Below, one piece after another: positions 11,540 through 22,850 of a stretch of DNA of 33,000 nucleotides. Under the pieces are notes generated by a model that worked only from the letters and a program-made list of their open reading frames with translations, was not told the origin of the DNA and searched no databases. The stretch spans positions 31,405,119-31,438,118 of the forward strand of contig NC_068984.1 of NCBI RefSeq assembly GCF_001194135.2, written 5' to 3'. Both the position numbers and the translations under genes were made by a program. How positions within the stretch are numbered: the first letter of the stretch is position 1; each line of letters opens with the position of its first letter. The stretch comes from Octopus bimaculoides (lineage: Eukaryota).

Positions 11540-14500
11540 CTGTAAAAATAAATGTTATTGAAACATCATTCAGAGTAGCTTTTATTATGTCACAGCATGC
11601 AGCTAAACTTCATACCAATTAATTAAGACCCTTCTAAGCTGTCTAACAACCATACCTTATAACATGACTAGAGGACATGTTATACACTATTTTCAAAGAA
11701 TTTGTTTCAATGCCCGGAGCATAAATGTAATATGAAATTCAAAGTTATCATTCTTATAATAAGTATTAGTTACAACTATGTTATTAATACTAGTTATTGT
11801 AAAGTCTAAATAATTAACTTCATTTACAGTGTTGTCACTTATATATGACTTGAATTTTCTTTCATATATTTTTTAAAGTAAATTTTTGAAAACATTGTCA
11901 TTTGTGATAAAGAAAATTGTTTATCTAACTGCTTAGCTAAACCTATCTATTTCTCTTGGAATAAACCACTAAGAAAACTAAATTTGCATGCAGATAAATG
12001 TATGTAAGCTAACAAAGAGAAACAGAAATTACCACTAAAACGTCCTTAACTTGTTTAATAACCTATCAGTAAAAGTAAATCATGTATCAATGACAAATGT
12101 AACAATCTACTGTAATCTTTTCAATATTTGAACATAAACAACCATTATATTTATTCTGGACAAAAAACCTCATCAGCTTTAACAGAAATTCATTTAAAAC
12201 ATTTACCAAGCACTAAATCATTTATTCTAAATATACCTTCTATCATTTTTCAAATCGTGATTTGAATACCATATCAAAAAATCATATACATATATATATT
12301 TCAAAATTCCTTATTGGAATTACTTATGAATATCACTTTAATTACAATGAATACTTTTGCTCTTTCCTACAAAGGCCCATCTAATAACATTTAATACCTT
12401 TTTAACCATCATAGACTGCTGTTTATTTGTACATTTCCTAGTCTTTGTAATAAACTTATGCTTATATGGGATCTTATGCAATTTAGGAATGAAAAAAAAA
12501 CAACCAAAGGAACATATTTGTTCTCCTCCTCAATGCTAAAGCCATTTAATGTTTCCACCTCAGGTATTATCTCCCTATTTATGCATTCATACTTTCAGAT
12601 ACCGATACATATGTACTGCAACCATTGAAGTCACTCCCCAATTTTAACTCCTTTCTAGTGTTATATATTCGCATAAATTATCGCAAAATTTCCTACATAT
12701 CTGCTGGGACTGCAATGCATTTCTGCTGTTGATTCCTCTGCCACCATCAAATTCCTCTTCCTAATCTGTTTCAGATAAGAACTAGGCACTTGCTTTCTCC
12801 AGTCATCAATAACTTCCTTCTTACCATTTTATTTAAGACTACATCACCAAAGTATCAATTGATTCCAAGATTAGCTTCTTCAATTTATTATTACTAATCC
12901 TATCTGATAACCTGAATTTGTTTCTGTTCATCAGTAGCCATATTAAGTCCTCATTTCAGATAACATTCAAATCACCTGTATAAACATATCTCACCACACC
13001 ATGGAAGAGATCAAACTTAGCACAACTTCACATACTTTGGCAAACCCCTCTGAAACCTTCTGAACCTATTTCAGAGAAAGGCTTGTTATAATTAAGCAAC
13101 TTATCACCTTATCAAGAAGCAAAGATTTGGTGATGGATTCTGCTTTAGAATTATCTAGTGTGATTACTCCTTGCAAAGAAACTTGGTGGCTTGCTCATTC
13201 CTTCTAATTATTTTCCTGTCCTATTTTTGATATAATTCATTTAGTGAATATCTTCAGTTTGTCAAAATTTATGGATATTAGGGGAGTGTTGTTAGCATTA
13301 GTATATATGTAAAAGGAATTAGATAGTGCCAAACATTTTATCTAGTCTTACAGTTTTATTAGGAAATATTTCAAGAAGTCATGGATACTGTAGGATATAG
13401 CAGGCAAATATTTCATCAGACCCATATATACTTCAAACCAATCAAGCAGCTAAACATCCTTGAGCACAACACACTCATTTTCATTGTAAAGTGTCTCTAT
13501 TACGCAAGCTACCTTAGAGGCTACACCTTTTGCTGCCAACATGACAGTAATTCAGGGAAACTATAGCAATTACAAAAGCTTCGTTGCACTGCCAGTCAGA
13601 AATACAGCTACCACATTAAAAACCAATCGTTTATGATTAGCCTTCAGCTTAGTAACAAAAGGTTAATAGTAAATCAGTTTTAATTTATTGTCGCTAGCCT
13701 AGATTTCGTCAATTTTTACCAAATAAAATATGGAGTGCTAAAAATCATAGTTATTAAAAGTGAAGAAAATGAAATAGCTGATGCTTATAATATATTACTC
13801 CATCCAAACAGTAATAATATTAGTGTTATAACTATCCTTGTTTAATTCAACAAAAATGTACAATGTGTGCTTATTATTAATGCGATCATTCCTTAACTTT
13901 TTGTATTTTCAGAATGGAGATTTGCAAATAAAATTCAAAGTAAACATATATGGTTTAAATTGTTATTAATTTGTACCAACACTTCAAACTGATTATATCA
14001 GTTGCTTAAATATTTTCTGTTGAACTGCTAAGTTGAACTAAGTGATAATATAAGTATTCACTTAGGTTGTTTATAGATTATTTGTCTCTCATAGAATGAT
14101 TTATTTTTTCTTTATTAACACAAGTATATTAATATTTAATATTTTGAAATAACAATTTTGGTACATTTTGTATATTACACATAAGATATTTTAAAGCAGA
14201 AAATAAAGAAAAAGACAGAAAATATACAATGTCCTTTTAAAAATGACAGTTGTAATGAAATCTCACAGTTAAACTTTAATAATGAATTGTAAAATCTGCT
14301 TTTAAAGATATAAATCAATTATTGCTCAAATATTTGTTCCGTAAATTAATTTTAGTGTAATTCTACCCATTCAAACAAAAGAACATCATATTAACTGTAT
14401 TGTAATGAAGTAATTTTCTTCTTTTACGCAAATTCACATTTAATTTCACAATGTTCTATCTCAAAAATACCACCATCGCTTACTATATGTTCTTTGGTAG

Positions 14501-14633
14501 CAATAATTGGTAACACAAAACCATACATTTGTAGACAACAAACAATGACAGAGAAAATGAATGATGGCTGTCGGTTTAAGAAGTTCACTTTATAAACATA
14601 TTGTTACCTGTTCGATCTCATGTGATACCATGG

Positions 14634-14730
14634 TTAACTGGTTTCTGTTGTAGCCCAAAGTTGACAAATACATTGGGATTTGAACTTAGAAATGGAAAAT
14701 GTGTGGAAGCCTGTCATGTGTATGTGTTTT
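14634..14730 (+). mobile_element. Family A SINE central-domain fragment
   Basis: GTAGCCC...TGGGATTTG...AGAAATGGAAAATGTGTGGAAGCCTGTC followed by (TG/TA)n, a diverged match to the reverse complement of 22440-22510. Confidence 0.5.
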
Positions 14731-15060
14731 ATGCATAATCATGCCTAAAAATGATCACATATTAACTGAAAATACATTAAATATATAAGTAGGGTATAGA
14801 ATTTATTTTTACAAGTAAAAGGTTTTTTCTCTCTCTCCTGCTCTCTCTATACACTCACACACCTATATACATATGTCTCTTTGTGCTTGCTTGCATATAT
14901 ATCTGTATGTATGTATGAAATATACAAGTAGAATAGGGAGTTCATTTTTATGAGCAAGTGGTATTTTTCTCTTTCACTCTCTCTCCTCTACACACACAGA
15001 CACACATGTAAGTATACACGTGTATGTATGCTTTCATGCGCATATGTATGTAAGTATGTA

Positions 15061-16036
15061 TTTGGTTGGTCAAATCGTCTGTTCAGTTTTTGTCAACTCT
15101 TAACTTCAAGCACTCTGATAAGTAGCTAACTTCAGTCTGTACCTTGTGCATGCCCACACAGACACTTGGCCTCTCAGCATAAATTGATGTGAATGTACCA
15201 TGAGACAAGTTATATTTTGTGTGGTTGGGATCGACCTGAAATGGAGAACCATAAACATTATCAACAACTCGTGCTTTTTTTTATTTGAAGAAAGACAAGG
15301 AAGAGGTAGAAACATGCAGGAAGATATGAGAGGATGCCATTATCAAACATATGTTTCAGAAGGGGTTTTCAAGATTTTGCATCTGGAAATTTTTCTGTTC
15401 AAAATGCATTATGCTCTGACTGGCCAACTGAGATTAACAGCAACAAAATGAAGACGTTAGTCAACACCAAACCCTGTTATATGACAAGGAAGGGTGTAAT
15501 TCTCCAAATATCCAAATTGACTGTTGAAAATCATCTGCATCAACTTGGTTACATTAGCAGGTTCGATTTTTGTGTCCCATATCAACTGAATGTAGCTAAT
15601 CTTGATTGACAAATTTCCACATGAAATTCATTGCAAAACGTGAAGAAAACAATACCTTTTTGAAAATTATGGTGACAAGGGACGAAATATGGATTGTCTA
15701 TAAAAATGTGATGTGGAAACAATCTTAGGGGAATTGCAGCAAACTACCACAAACAATCTCCAAAGCAGGTCTTCACTTAGAGAAGGTTATGCTTTCAATT
15801 TGATGAGATTGGAAGAGTGTTGTCTTTTATGAGCTTCTTCCCATATTCAGAACTATTCATGCAGATGTATACTGTGACCAGCTAGAAAAATTAAATGCAC
15901 CAATCTACCAAAAGTTTTTCACTTACTTATCGTAAGGGAATGCTAAACTGCACACTTATTTGCAGACATTACATGTACTTTAGTCTCTTCAAAATTCTCT
16001 GAATGGACAGAGTATGTAAAAAAATTCACCGGGAAG
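15061..16036 (+). mobile_element. Mariner (DD34D-type) relic: left TIR plus decayed transposase, cut off at a gypsy LTR
   Basis: TA followed by TIR-like TTTGGTTGGTCAAA at 15061. From 15241: MENHKH.. / SGNFSVQNALCSDWP / CVPYQL / LKIMVTRDEIWIVYKN / KVMLSI.WDWKSVVFYELLP / YCDQLEKL / NAKLHT / SLQNSLNG, with stops, frameshifts and deletions. Confidence 0.92.
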
Positions 16037-16240
16037 TGTATTATAACAATACATAATAGAAACAGTGGCAGTAACAAACACACAACAAGCCAACAATCGA
16101 TATTTCCAGCATACTAACTCGAACTGTAAACTGTACCTGGACTTCAAAGACCAAACTACCAACTGCTGACTACGTCAGACTGCTACTATTTATATGTATC
16201 CGTCAAGTCTACTCTCGTGAGAGGGTGTCTCACCACAACA
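16037..16240 (-). mobile_element. 3' LTR (204 bp) of Ty3/gypsy element
   Basis: On the minus strand it starts TGTTGTGG immediately after a polypurine tract, contains TATAAATA and ends ATAATACA. Confidence 0.8.
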
Positions 16241-16251
16241 TCTCCCCTTTT
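16241..16251 (-). other. Polypurine tract (AAAAGGGGAGA)
   Basis: Directly abuts the TG of the LTR. Confidence 0.8.
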
Positions 16252-18648
16252 GAGGTTTCGAGTTCTGAAGGAATAAAGAAATTTTATTTATTATTATTAT
16301 TATTTTTCAGTATCTTTTTCACTTGGGCTTTATCTCAAGGCGTTCAGTCTGCTTCTGTTTTCTCATGCCAGTTCAACAGGACTCCATTACTTTTGGTGCT
16401 GGGACACTGAATACATCAAAAAATACTTTCATAGGAATTTCACTCCATTCTTCAGTATGTTTCTTCTTTAGGTGATTTATGTGTCCCTTATGTTCCCAGT
16501 ATGGTCCTTTAGATACATCATACTTCCTATTTTTCTGGCTACAAGGCTATCCTCCCAGCTTTCTTTACCATTTCTGTAGGTTTCAAAATGCACTTTATCT
16601 CCTACTTCGAAATATTTTGTTGCATCTTTCGTATATCCTTTACATCTCCTTTTTCTCTGGCAATAACTTATCAAAAATTGATTTTATTCTTCTTGCGAAC
16701 ATCAACTCTGTGGGTGATTTTCCTGAATTTGTACTTGGATTGGGGGTTATTCTAAATACCCTTAAGAATTTTGTTAGTGCTTTGTTGTTAATTTGTTCCT
16801 AGCTTTTCTTAACGCTATTTTGAATGTGTTCACGAATCTTTCTAACTGTCCATTTGAACTCAGATGGTTGAGTGGAGGAAAAACGTGCTTTAACGCATGC
16901 ATTTTACAGACATTCTTGAATTCATACCCAGAGAATTGCGTTCCATCATCAGAAACTAATGTGTCTGGAACACCACATCAAGCAAACAGTTCATATAGGA
17001 ACTTTATAGTTGTTTTAGCAGTTGGTTTACATACTTCTGGCCACTTTGTACAGTTGTATACCACGATTAGATAGTAAGCACTGTTCACTGGTCCAGCATA
17101 ATCAATCTATAACGTAGAATACGGGTTCTCAGTTTCTGGCCAAGATCGATATTTTACAGGCAGGCTTAGGCTGAGAATGCTCAACCTTGACAAGTTCTCA
17201 CCAAATTTTTAATATTCCGATCCATAGCCGGCCAAGAGATATAGCTCCTCATCACAGCTTTCATCCTCAACATTCCCTGGTGTCCGCTGTGGAATTGCTG
17301 CAATACACGATTTGTAATGCAACTCTTTGCTCACACATCAGAATATTGTCACATATTGAGAAACTACTTGAATTTGTATTTTTATTCTGCTTGTTTTTTA
17401 AAGTTTCTTTCATTTTTGTAATACACTCATTGCCTACAGATTTCATTCTTATATCCTGTGCAGTCACTGGCAGTTCTTGGATAACAGTCATAATACTTTT
17501 TATTTCATTTTCTACCTGCAGTGCAGCTATCACAGTATCTTCTGGTGGTTCCGTATTTTGGGAAATTAGTCTTGATAGATAGTCCGCATAACCAAGTTTT
17601 TCCGATACAGTATATTCTGCATTTTGAAATTGTAATTTAGTAATATTATACCACAATGCTGTAGTCAGTTCACTGTATGGGTAGGTAACCCTTTCTTTTA
17701 CCCATAAATTGATAGCAATGGTCGATGATCTGTTTGTAACAAAACTACCATGTAGAAATCTGTGAAATTTTTTTCACCGCAAAGATAGTCAATAGGGCTT
17801 CCTTTTCTATCTGGCTGTATTTTTTCTCTGCCGCTATCAGTGAGCACGAAATATAAATCACTGGTTTTGTACTTCTATCTTTATACTCGTGTAGCAAAAC
17901 TGCTCCTATTCTGTACTTCTTGGTTTTATGTTGTATTCACTTTCTGCTGAAAACACCTTAGAACTTTTAGTGTTTGACTCTTGTAATCTTGTCCTGCAGT
18001 GTGAGCTCTTGTAATCAAGTTTCTGACAACTACAGCATTTTCGGTTTTTAAACAGACACTCTTTTCAGAAGTGTAGGCCTCCACATCCATAACATGGATT
18101 AGGGCCTGACACTCTTTTAGTTGTAGTTTCTAGGTCGACACATCTGTATTTTTGAAGAATCTTTCTCTTGAATTTTTTTCACGTTGTGCTTCAGGTTTAC
18201 CATTGTTTGACATTATTCTGCAATGGTCTGAAAAGTTAAGTCATGGTTCACTTGCTCCATTCTTGAGAGAATCCTTGCCCAAATTTCTCAGTTTTCAGTT
18301 GCTGTAAGGCCTTCTACGAAGATAAGAGATTTAAACATATCTTGAATGAGTTCCTGAAGTTTAAAGTTTTCACACAGATGGTTGACTACTCTGGCACATG
18401 TAATAAAGTCATCATCATCATTTTTTGCTAAATTCCAACACTTCATTTGAGTGTCTAAATAACAAATTTTTGTCACAAAAGTTTTGAGAGTAATTCAATA
18501 GTTTCTTGGAAACAAATCTCACTTGACTTCTTAAGCCATATAAAGTTATAGTAGCGCTCATGCTCAGCTGGAGCTACCTTGCGTAGTAATAGACTCATTT
18601 TCTCTTCTTCCGACCATGACTTGCAATCTTTGTTAAAAATTTCCTTGG
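16252..18648 (-). mobile_element. Decayed Ty3/gypsy (Mag/K02A2.6-like) internal region: gag, RNase H C-terminal half, integrase; protease and RT missing
   Basis: Gag with two zinc knuckles (CYGCGGLHF.KEC, CCSCQKLDYKSSHC). RNase H IGAVLLHEY...EKKYSQIEKEAL..FAVKKFH...GYADYLSRL. Integrase HSGHQGM.RMK..MRSY..WP, IDYAGP, VSDDGTQF, SNGQLERFVNTFK, GKSPTELMF. Confidence 0.95.
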
Positions 18649-18812
18649 TCTATTCCATCTCAATCATAGATTTTTTAATTAATTTTTTTAACAAAACAGT
18701 TTGAAACTTCGAATACTGGTAGAATTTCAAGGATCTATTCCATCTCAATCACAGATCTTTAATTTATTTTTTTAACTAAACAATTTGAAACTTTGAATAC
18801 TGGTAGAATTTC
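18649..18812. repeat. Two tandem 85-bp units at the gag truncation point, part of an unclassified repeat extending to about 18960
   Basis: TCTATTCCATCTCAATCA...TTTGAAACTT[C/T]GAATACTGGTAGAATTTC starts at 18649 and again at 18734. Confidence 0.85.
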
Positions 18813-19729
18813 TCATGTAGATCACGGTTTACTCTGAACGTTTTTGACAAAATTTCGTATTTTAGAAGTTATTTCATGTTAAAGTTGTCGTATTAGCGTA
18901 ATTTCAACCAATCAACGATGTGTATTCAGTTGAAGAAAGCTATTACTGTTTGTGATAGTAATTGAAGAGGACCAGCTTACGGGTCATCTCTACTAAATGT
19001 CACTATTCTGTTCTGTTTGTACGGTGGGCAAATACGATGTCACCTTTATCCTTTCTTATTCCTAGTCAGCACTGTGCATTCCTTACACTTTCCCTCCCTT
19101 CTACACTATCAACATCCAGGTGTAAGATATAGGCCTGAATTTTTGTTTAACCCATGCAGGCACAGAAGAGTAGTCGTTAAAAAGATGTAAACAACGATAA
19201 TGCTTAAGAATTCAGATATATTTTAATGTTTCTGTTGCCATCGAAATAAATGCTGATAAAAACTTAAAATCAAATTCTTTAAAATAAATTTAAGGAAGCA
19301 AAGCAATGTAGCAAAGATTTCTTTTTTATTTGCTTTAATCTTTTATTATTTTTTCCTGCTCGTTTCCTTCATTTCCCACCCATTCTCTTCGATAAGGCTT
19401 TGTAAATTACTGTTTGATAAGATTTATAGATGCAAGATACAAACATTTACATTCTCTAATTGACAGTTGCAGAGGAAAATTTAAAGCTAAGTATAAGAGT
19501 TCCTAAATTGCAACTGAAAACTACTTGTTTCAATATTTAATGAGTACCATATGGCTGTAGCTCATAAATCAGTTGACAATGGGGATTCAACTGACAAACA
19601 TAATAGCATTATCATCACAGAAGGTGGAACCTTTTGTAATTTTCATTTATAAGAATTGCTTGTTTGTTTTCCTCTGGCAAATCTATTACAAAATAGCGTT
19701 TCTTTGTTTACTTTATTTTTTTCCCCTTT

Positions 19730-19936
19730 TTACTAGTTTAGGTTTGGACAGTGGCCATGCTGGGCTACTGGCATCAAAGGATTTTTTTTTTAGTTGTTCA
19801 TATCGATCCTAGTATATATTCATATATCTTAGTCTAGCACTTATTTTATTGATCTCTGTGACAAAGTTACAGGGTATACACAACAATACTAGTCGGTGTT
19901 TTCAAACGGTGTAAATGTAAATAAAAATTTAATGCA

Positions 19937-19966
<30 letters not shown>
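19730..19966 (-). mobile_element. Family A SINE 3' half (diverged) plus (CA)n
   Basis: TTTTACTAGTTT...GTGGCCATGCTGG...ATCGATCCTAG...AGCACTTATTTTATTGATC matches the tail at 21991-22110. Confidence 0.6.
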
Positions 19967-19967
<1 letters not shown>

Positions 19968-20131
19968 TGGCCCAAAAAGCCTGTTTGATATTTTAAAGTG
20001 AAAATAAGACATGAGTTTTAAGTACAAAGCTGTTTATTCAATAATTTATATAATTACTATTTTGTTCCACTGTTTTCTGGTAACTTATTGGCAGATTCAT
20101 TCTCTCCTGTTCAAAGAATTTCCTATCTCAA
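19967..20131 (-). mobile_element. Mariner right end (transposase C-terminus plus eroded TIR)
   Basis: Minus strand DRKFFEQERMNLPISYQKTVEQNSNYINY-stop resembles mariner FYERGIMKLPERWQKVIEQNGKY. TTGGCCCAAAAAGCCTGTT resembles the left TIR at 15066. Confidence 0.8.
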
Positions 20132-20360
20132 TGTTGTAGTGAGAGTACGACAAATTCAGGCAGATATCTTACACCTGGATGTGCTTCCTGGTACCAGCAC
20201 TCACTTGTTTCCAACCACAGTTGTTTATAGCCCTAGTTTTTGCATATGAATGATGTAATTTCAGGACGTTTTCACAGAAGATTGCAAAGGAACACCATTA
20301 GTATGATGATAACATTTGTTTACATTTAACAGGCATGCAGTATTAAAGCAATAAAACATA

Positions 20361-20535
20361 AGCAGACACATATGATAGGCGTCTTTTAGTTTCCATCTAG
20401 TAAATCCCCACAGAAGGCTTATGGTGGCCCAGGGCTATAGTAGAAGATACTTGTCTAAGACACTACACACAGGACTGAGCCCCCAAATTCATAGTTGTAA
20501 AGCAAATTTCTTAACTACACAAAAATGCTTCTGCC
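20361..20535 (-). mobile_element. Family A SINE head/central fragment
   Basis: TTTCCATCTAGTAAATCCCCACAGAAGGC...GGGCTATAGTAGAAGATACTTG matches 22455-22530. Confidence 0.7.
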
Positions 20536-21304
20536 TGGCCATGTCTATGCTTTAAGATATTAATAATTGATATCACATACTTTCCATAACATGCTTTATG
20601 AAATAACATTTCTGAATCTTTCCTTGTTTTTATGACTCAGCAATAAGAAGAGCAGCACCTGTGACCTTTCATAGGACCTTTAAAACCGATGGGGGAAGAA
20701 TAGTCATCCTTAAATAGGAAACCTGGTCTGAATACTTGCAACAGAGTGGAACCAACTAAAGGCACCCTATGTGCTAAAGAGAGCAACAGATTAAGACTAT
20801 GTATGGTACAACAGATGTGGGTCACTTCTGGGAGATACAGAAATCACTTATGAACACTTTTATTTTTCCTCATAAATCTCAGATCTTCATATAATTATTT
20901 GCTAAAAGATAGCACGTTATAAAATGTTGATTTATTCTCCATTAAATCTCTTTCCATCAATATTCCACTTTAAGGATGAGCTCTGAAGTACTTGTGAAGG
21001 GTTCACATAATTATTCATCAAAGTAGGAATCCAACAATTTAGTGTGTCCTGTTCATAAAATGCTGCATCAGATGAATACATCTTTGTCCTCATTGGGTAA
21101 TTTATATCACTATTCCTCATCTGGCTTAGTACTGCTAACTGTCCTTTGGGTGCTTTCAGCAGACTTTCAGGATGAGTATATGTTCTGAGAACTTGATTTA
21201 TTCTGTTTATTATTCATAGGATAGCGGTGGGCTTGGAGACCATCTATCTCAGCCATTCATCTGCTATGTCTTTAAAGATAGTAATTCATTCATATATGGA
21301 GGTT

Positions 21305-21712
21305 TGCGGGGCTGAGTAAGTTGATTACATTGACCCTAGTGCCCAACTGGTATTTATTTCATTGATCCTGAAAGGATGAAAGGCAAAGTCAAACTTGGTA
21401 GAATTTGAACTCAGAATGTAGAGACAGATGAAATGCCACTAAGCATTTTGCCCAGTGTGCAAATGATTCTTTTCTACTTTAGGCACAAGGCCTGAAATTT
21501 TGGGGGAGGGAGCCAGTCGATTAGATCGACCCAAGACGTAACTGGTACTTAATTTACCAACCCTGAAAAGACGAAAGGCAAAGTGGACTTTGGTGGAATT
21601 TGAACTCACAACATAAAGACATACGAAATGCTGCTAAACATTTTGCCCAGCATGCTAATGTTTCTACCAGCCCACCGCCTTAGTGTGTAAATGATTCTGT
21701 CATCTTGCCGCT
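21305..21712 (-). mobile_element. Older family B SINE split by a younger family B copy
   Basis: 21305-21470 and 21699-21712 are collinear with the full copy at 25418-25634. Confidence 0.8.
21471..21681 (-). mobile_element. Family B tRNA-related SINE with 17-bp TSD
   Basis: Full-length match to 25418-25634 and to the reverse complement of 23572-23784. TSD AGTGTG[C/T]AAATGATTCT at 21454-21470 and 21682-21698. Confidence 0.9.
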
Positions 21713-21990
21713 CTGTCTTTAAAGTAAATAATAACTTTCATGAAACCGTGAGATACTTTAAGAAAGCAAACAGATATAAATATTCATGACTGGTAGATCA
21801 CTAGAACAATTTGTACAGTAGGTGGTCATAATTAATAACAAGTTGACAGTCACCATATACACATATATAATGCCATGTATATTTAATAAATGCTTGTGCT
21901 ATTCTTTTAAAGCTACAAAAAATTGCTGATATTATTGGGTTACTAATATTTTCTTTCTAGCCACACCCTTTAACCATTTAGCATTTAAAC

Positions 21991-22602
21991 TCTTTTCTTT
22001 TTTACTTGTTTCAGTCATTTGACTGTGGCCATGCTGAAGCACCGCCTTTAGTTGAGCAAATCGTTCCCAGGACTTATTCTTTGTAAGCCTAGTACTTATT
22101 CTCTCAGTCTATTTTGCTGAACCGCTAAGTTGCGGGGACGTAAACACACAAGCATCAGTTGTCAAGTGATGTTGGGGGTACAAACACTTATTCTTTGTAA
22201 GCCTAGTACTTATTCTATCAGTTTCTTTTGTTGAACTGCTAAGTTATGGGGATGTAAACACACCAACATTGGTTGCCAACTGATGGTGGGGGACAACTGA
22301 GAATGGGTGGAGGGGATACCAAGGTGCTTTTTCAGAAGAGTCTGGACAAACACAGACACACAAATATATACATACGTACATATATATGTGTGTGTGTATA
22401 TATATATATATACATACACGTACACACACACACACACATATATTCAACAGGCTTCTTTCACTTTCCATCTACCAAATCCATTCACAAGGCTTGGTCAGCC
22501 CAAGGTGAAGGTAGATGACATTTACCCAAGGTGCCATGGAGTGGGACTGAACCTGGAACCAAGTGGTCATCAAGCAAGCTACTTACCACACAGCCATGCC
22601 TG
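21991..22602 (-). mobile_element. Family A tRNA-derived SINE with internal microsatellite and duplicated 3' segment
   Basis: Minus-strand head TGGCTGTGTGG (A box) and GGTTCAGTCCC (B box), central GTGAATGGATTTGGTAGATGGAAAGTGAAAGAAGCC, (TG/TA)n, tail ending GAAACAAGTAAAAAAGA. Confidence 0.9.
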
Positions 22603-22824
22603 TGATGATTTTAATAAATCAAGAATTTATGTTGTAACATATTTGATATACCTGTATTTGGTTCTGTTGTTCAAATATACACCATTGAGCACTAATTTCT
22701 ATATTTCACAGTTGTATATTTACTCACCTGCTGTACAACACTAATACCCTATTCATTACATTTAAAATAATTTTTCTTGATTGGGTTTAAATTCTTAAAT
22801 AATATTTTTAATGCCTAGTTTCAG

Positions 22825-22850
22825 AAATCTGGGACATTATGATACTGTTG
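22825..22850 (+). CDS. Candidate 26-bp micro-exon
   Basis: Acceptor ttttaatgcctagtttcag, donor TTG|GTAAGT. Confidence 0.2.

Noticed and set aside
11342-11545. Plus-strand frame VFLAATQPWVQEIIDYEEQY..
   Set aside because: No good donor site, and it overlaps a better-bounded minus-strand candidate exon.
12500-13250. Possible very old L1/Tx1 relic on the minus strand (YTGDLN, AVP.RYVG)
   Set aside because: The motifs are too short and too close together; not supportable without a profile search.
16032-16036. Gypsy target-site duplication
   Set aside because: GGAAG does not match the bases beside the putative other LTR end (TTGAG), so no TSD is claimed.
18649-18812. CRISPR-like appearance of direct repeats (also 23897-23956)
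   Set aside because: Units are contiguous with no unique spacers, there are no cas genes, and the context is eukaryotic.
20975-21096. Plus-strand exon-like unit with good splice sites
   Set aside because: All three frames contain stops; at best a UTR exon, with no support.
22520-22602. tRNA gene (also 2640-2714)
   Set aside because: A/B boxes are present, but there is no complete cloverleaf and the sequence continues into SINE bodies.
22210-22744. 145-aa ORF and neighbours
   Set aside because: They run through a SINE and its microsatellite.
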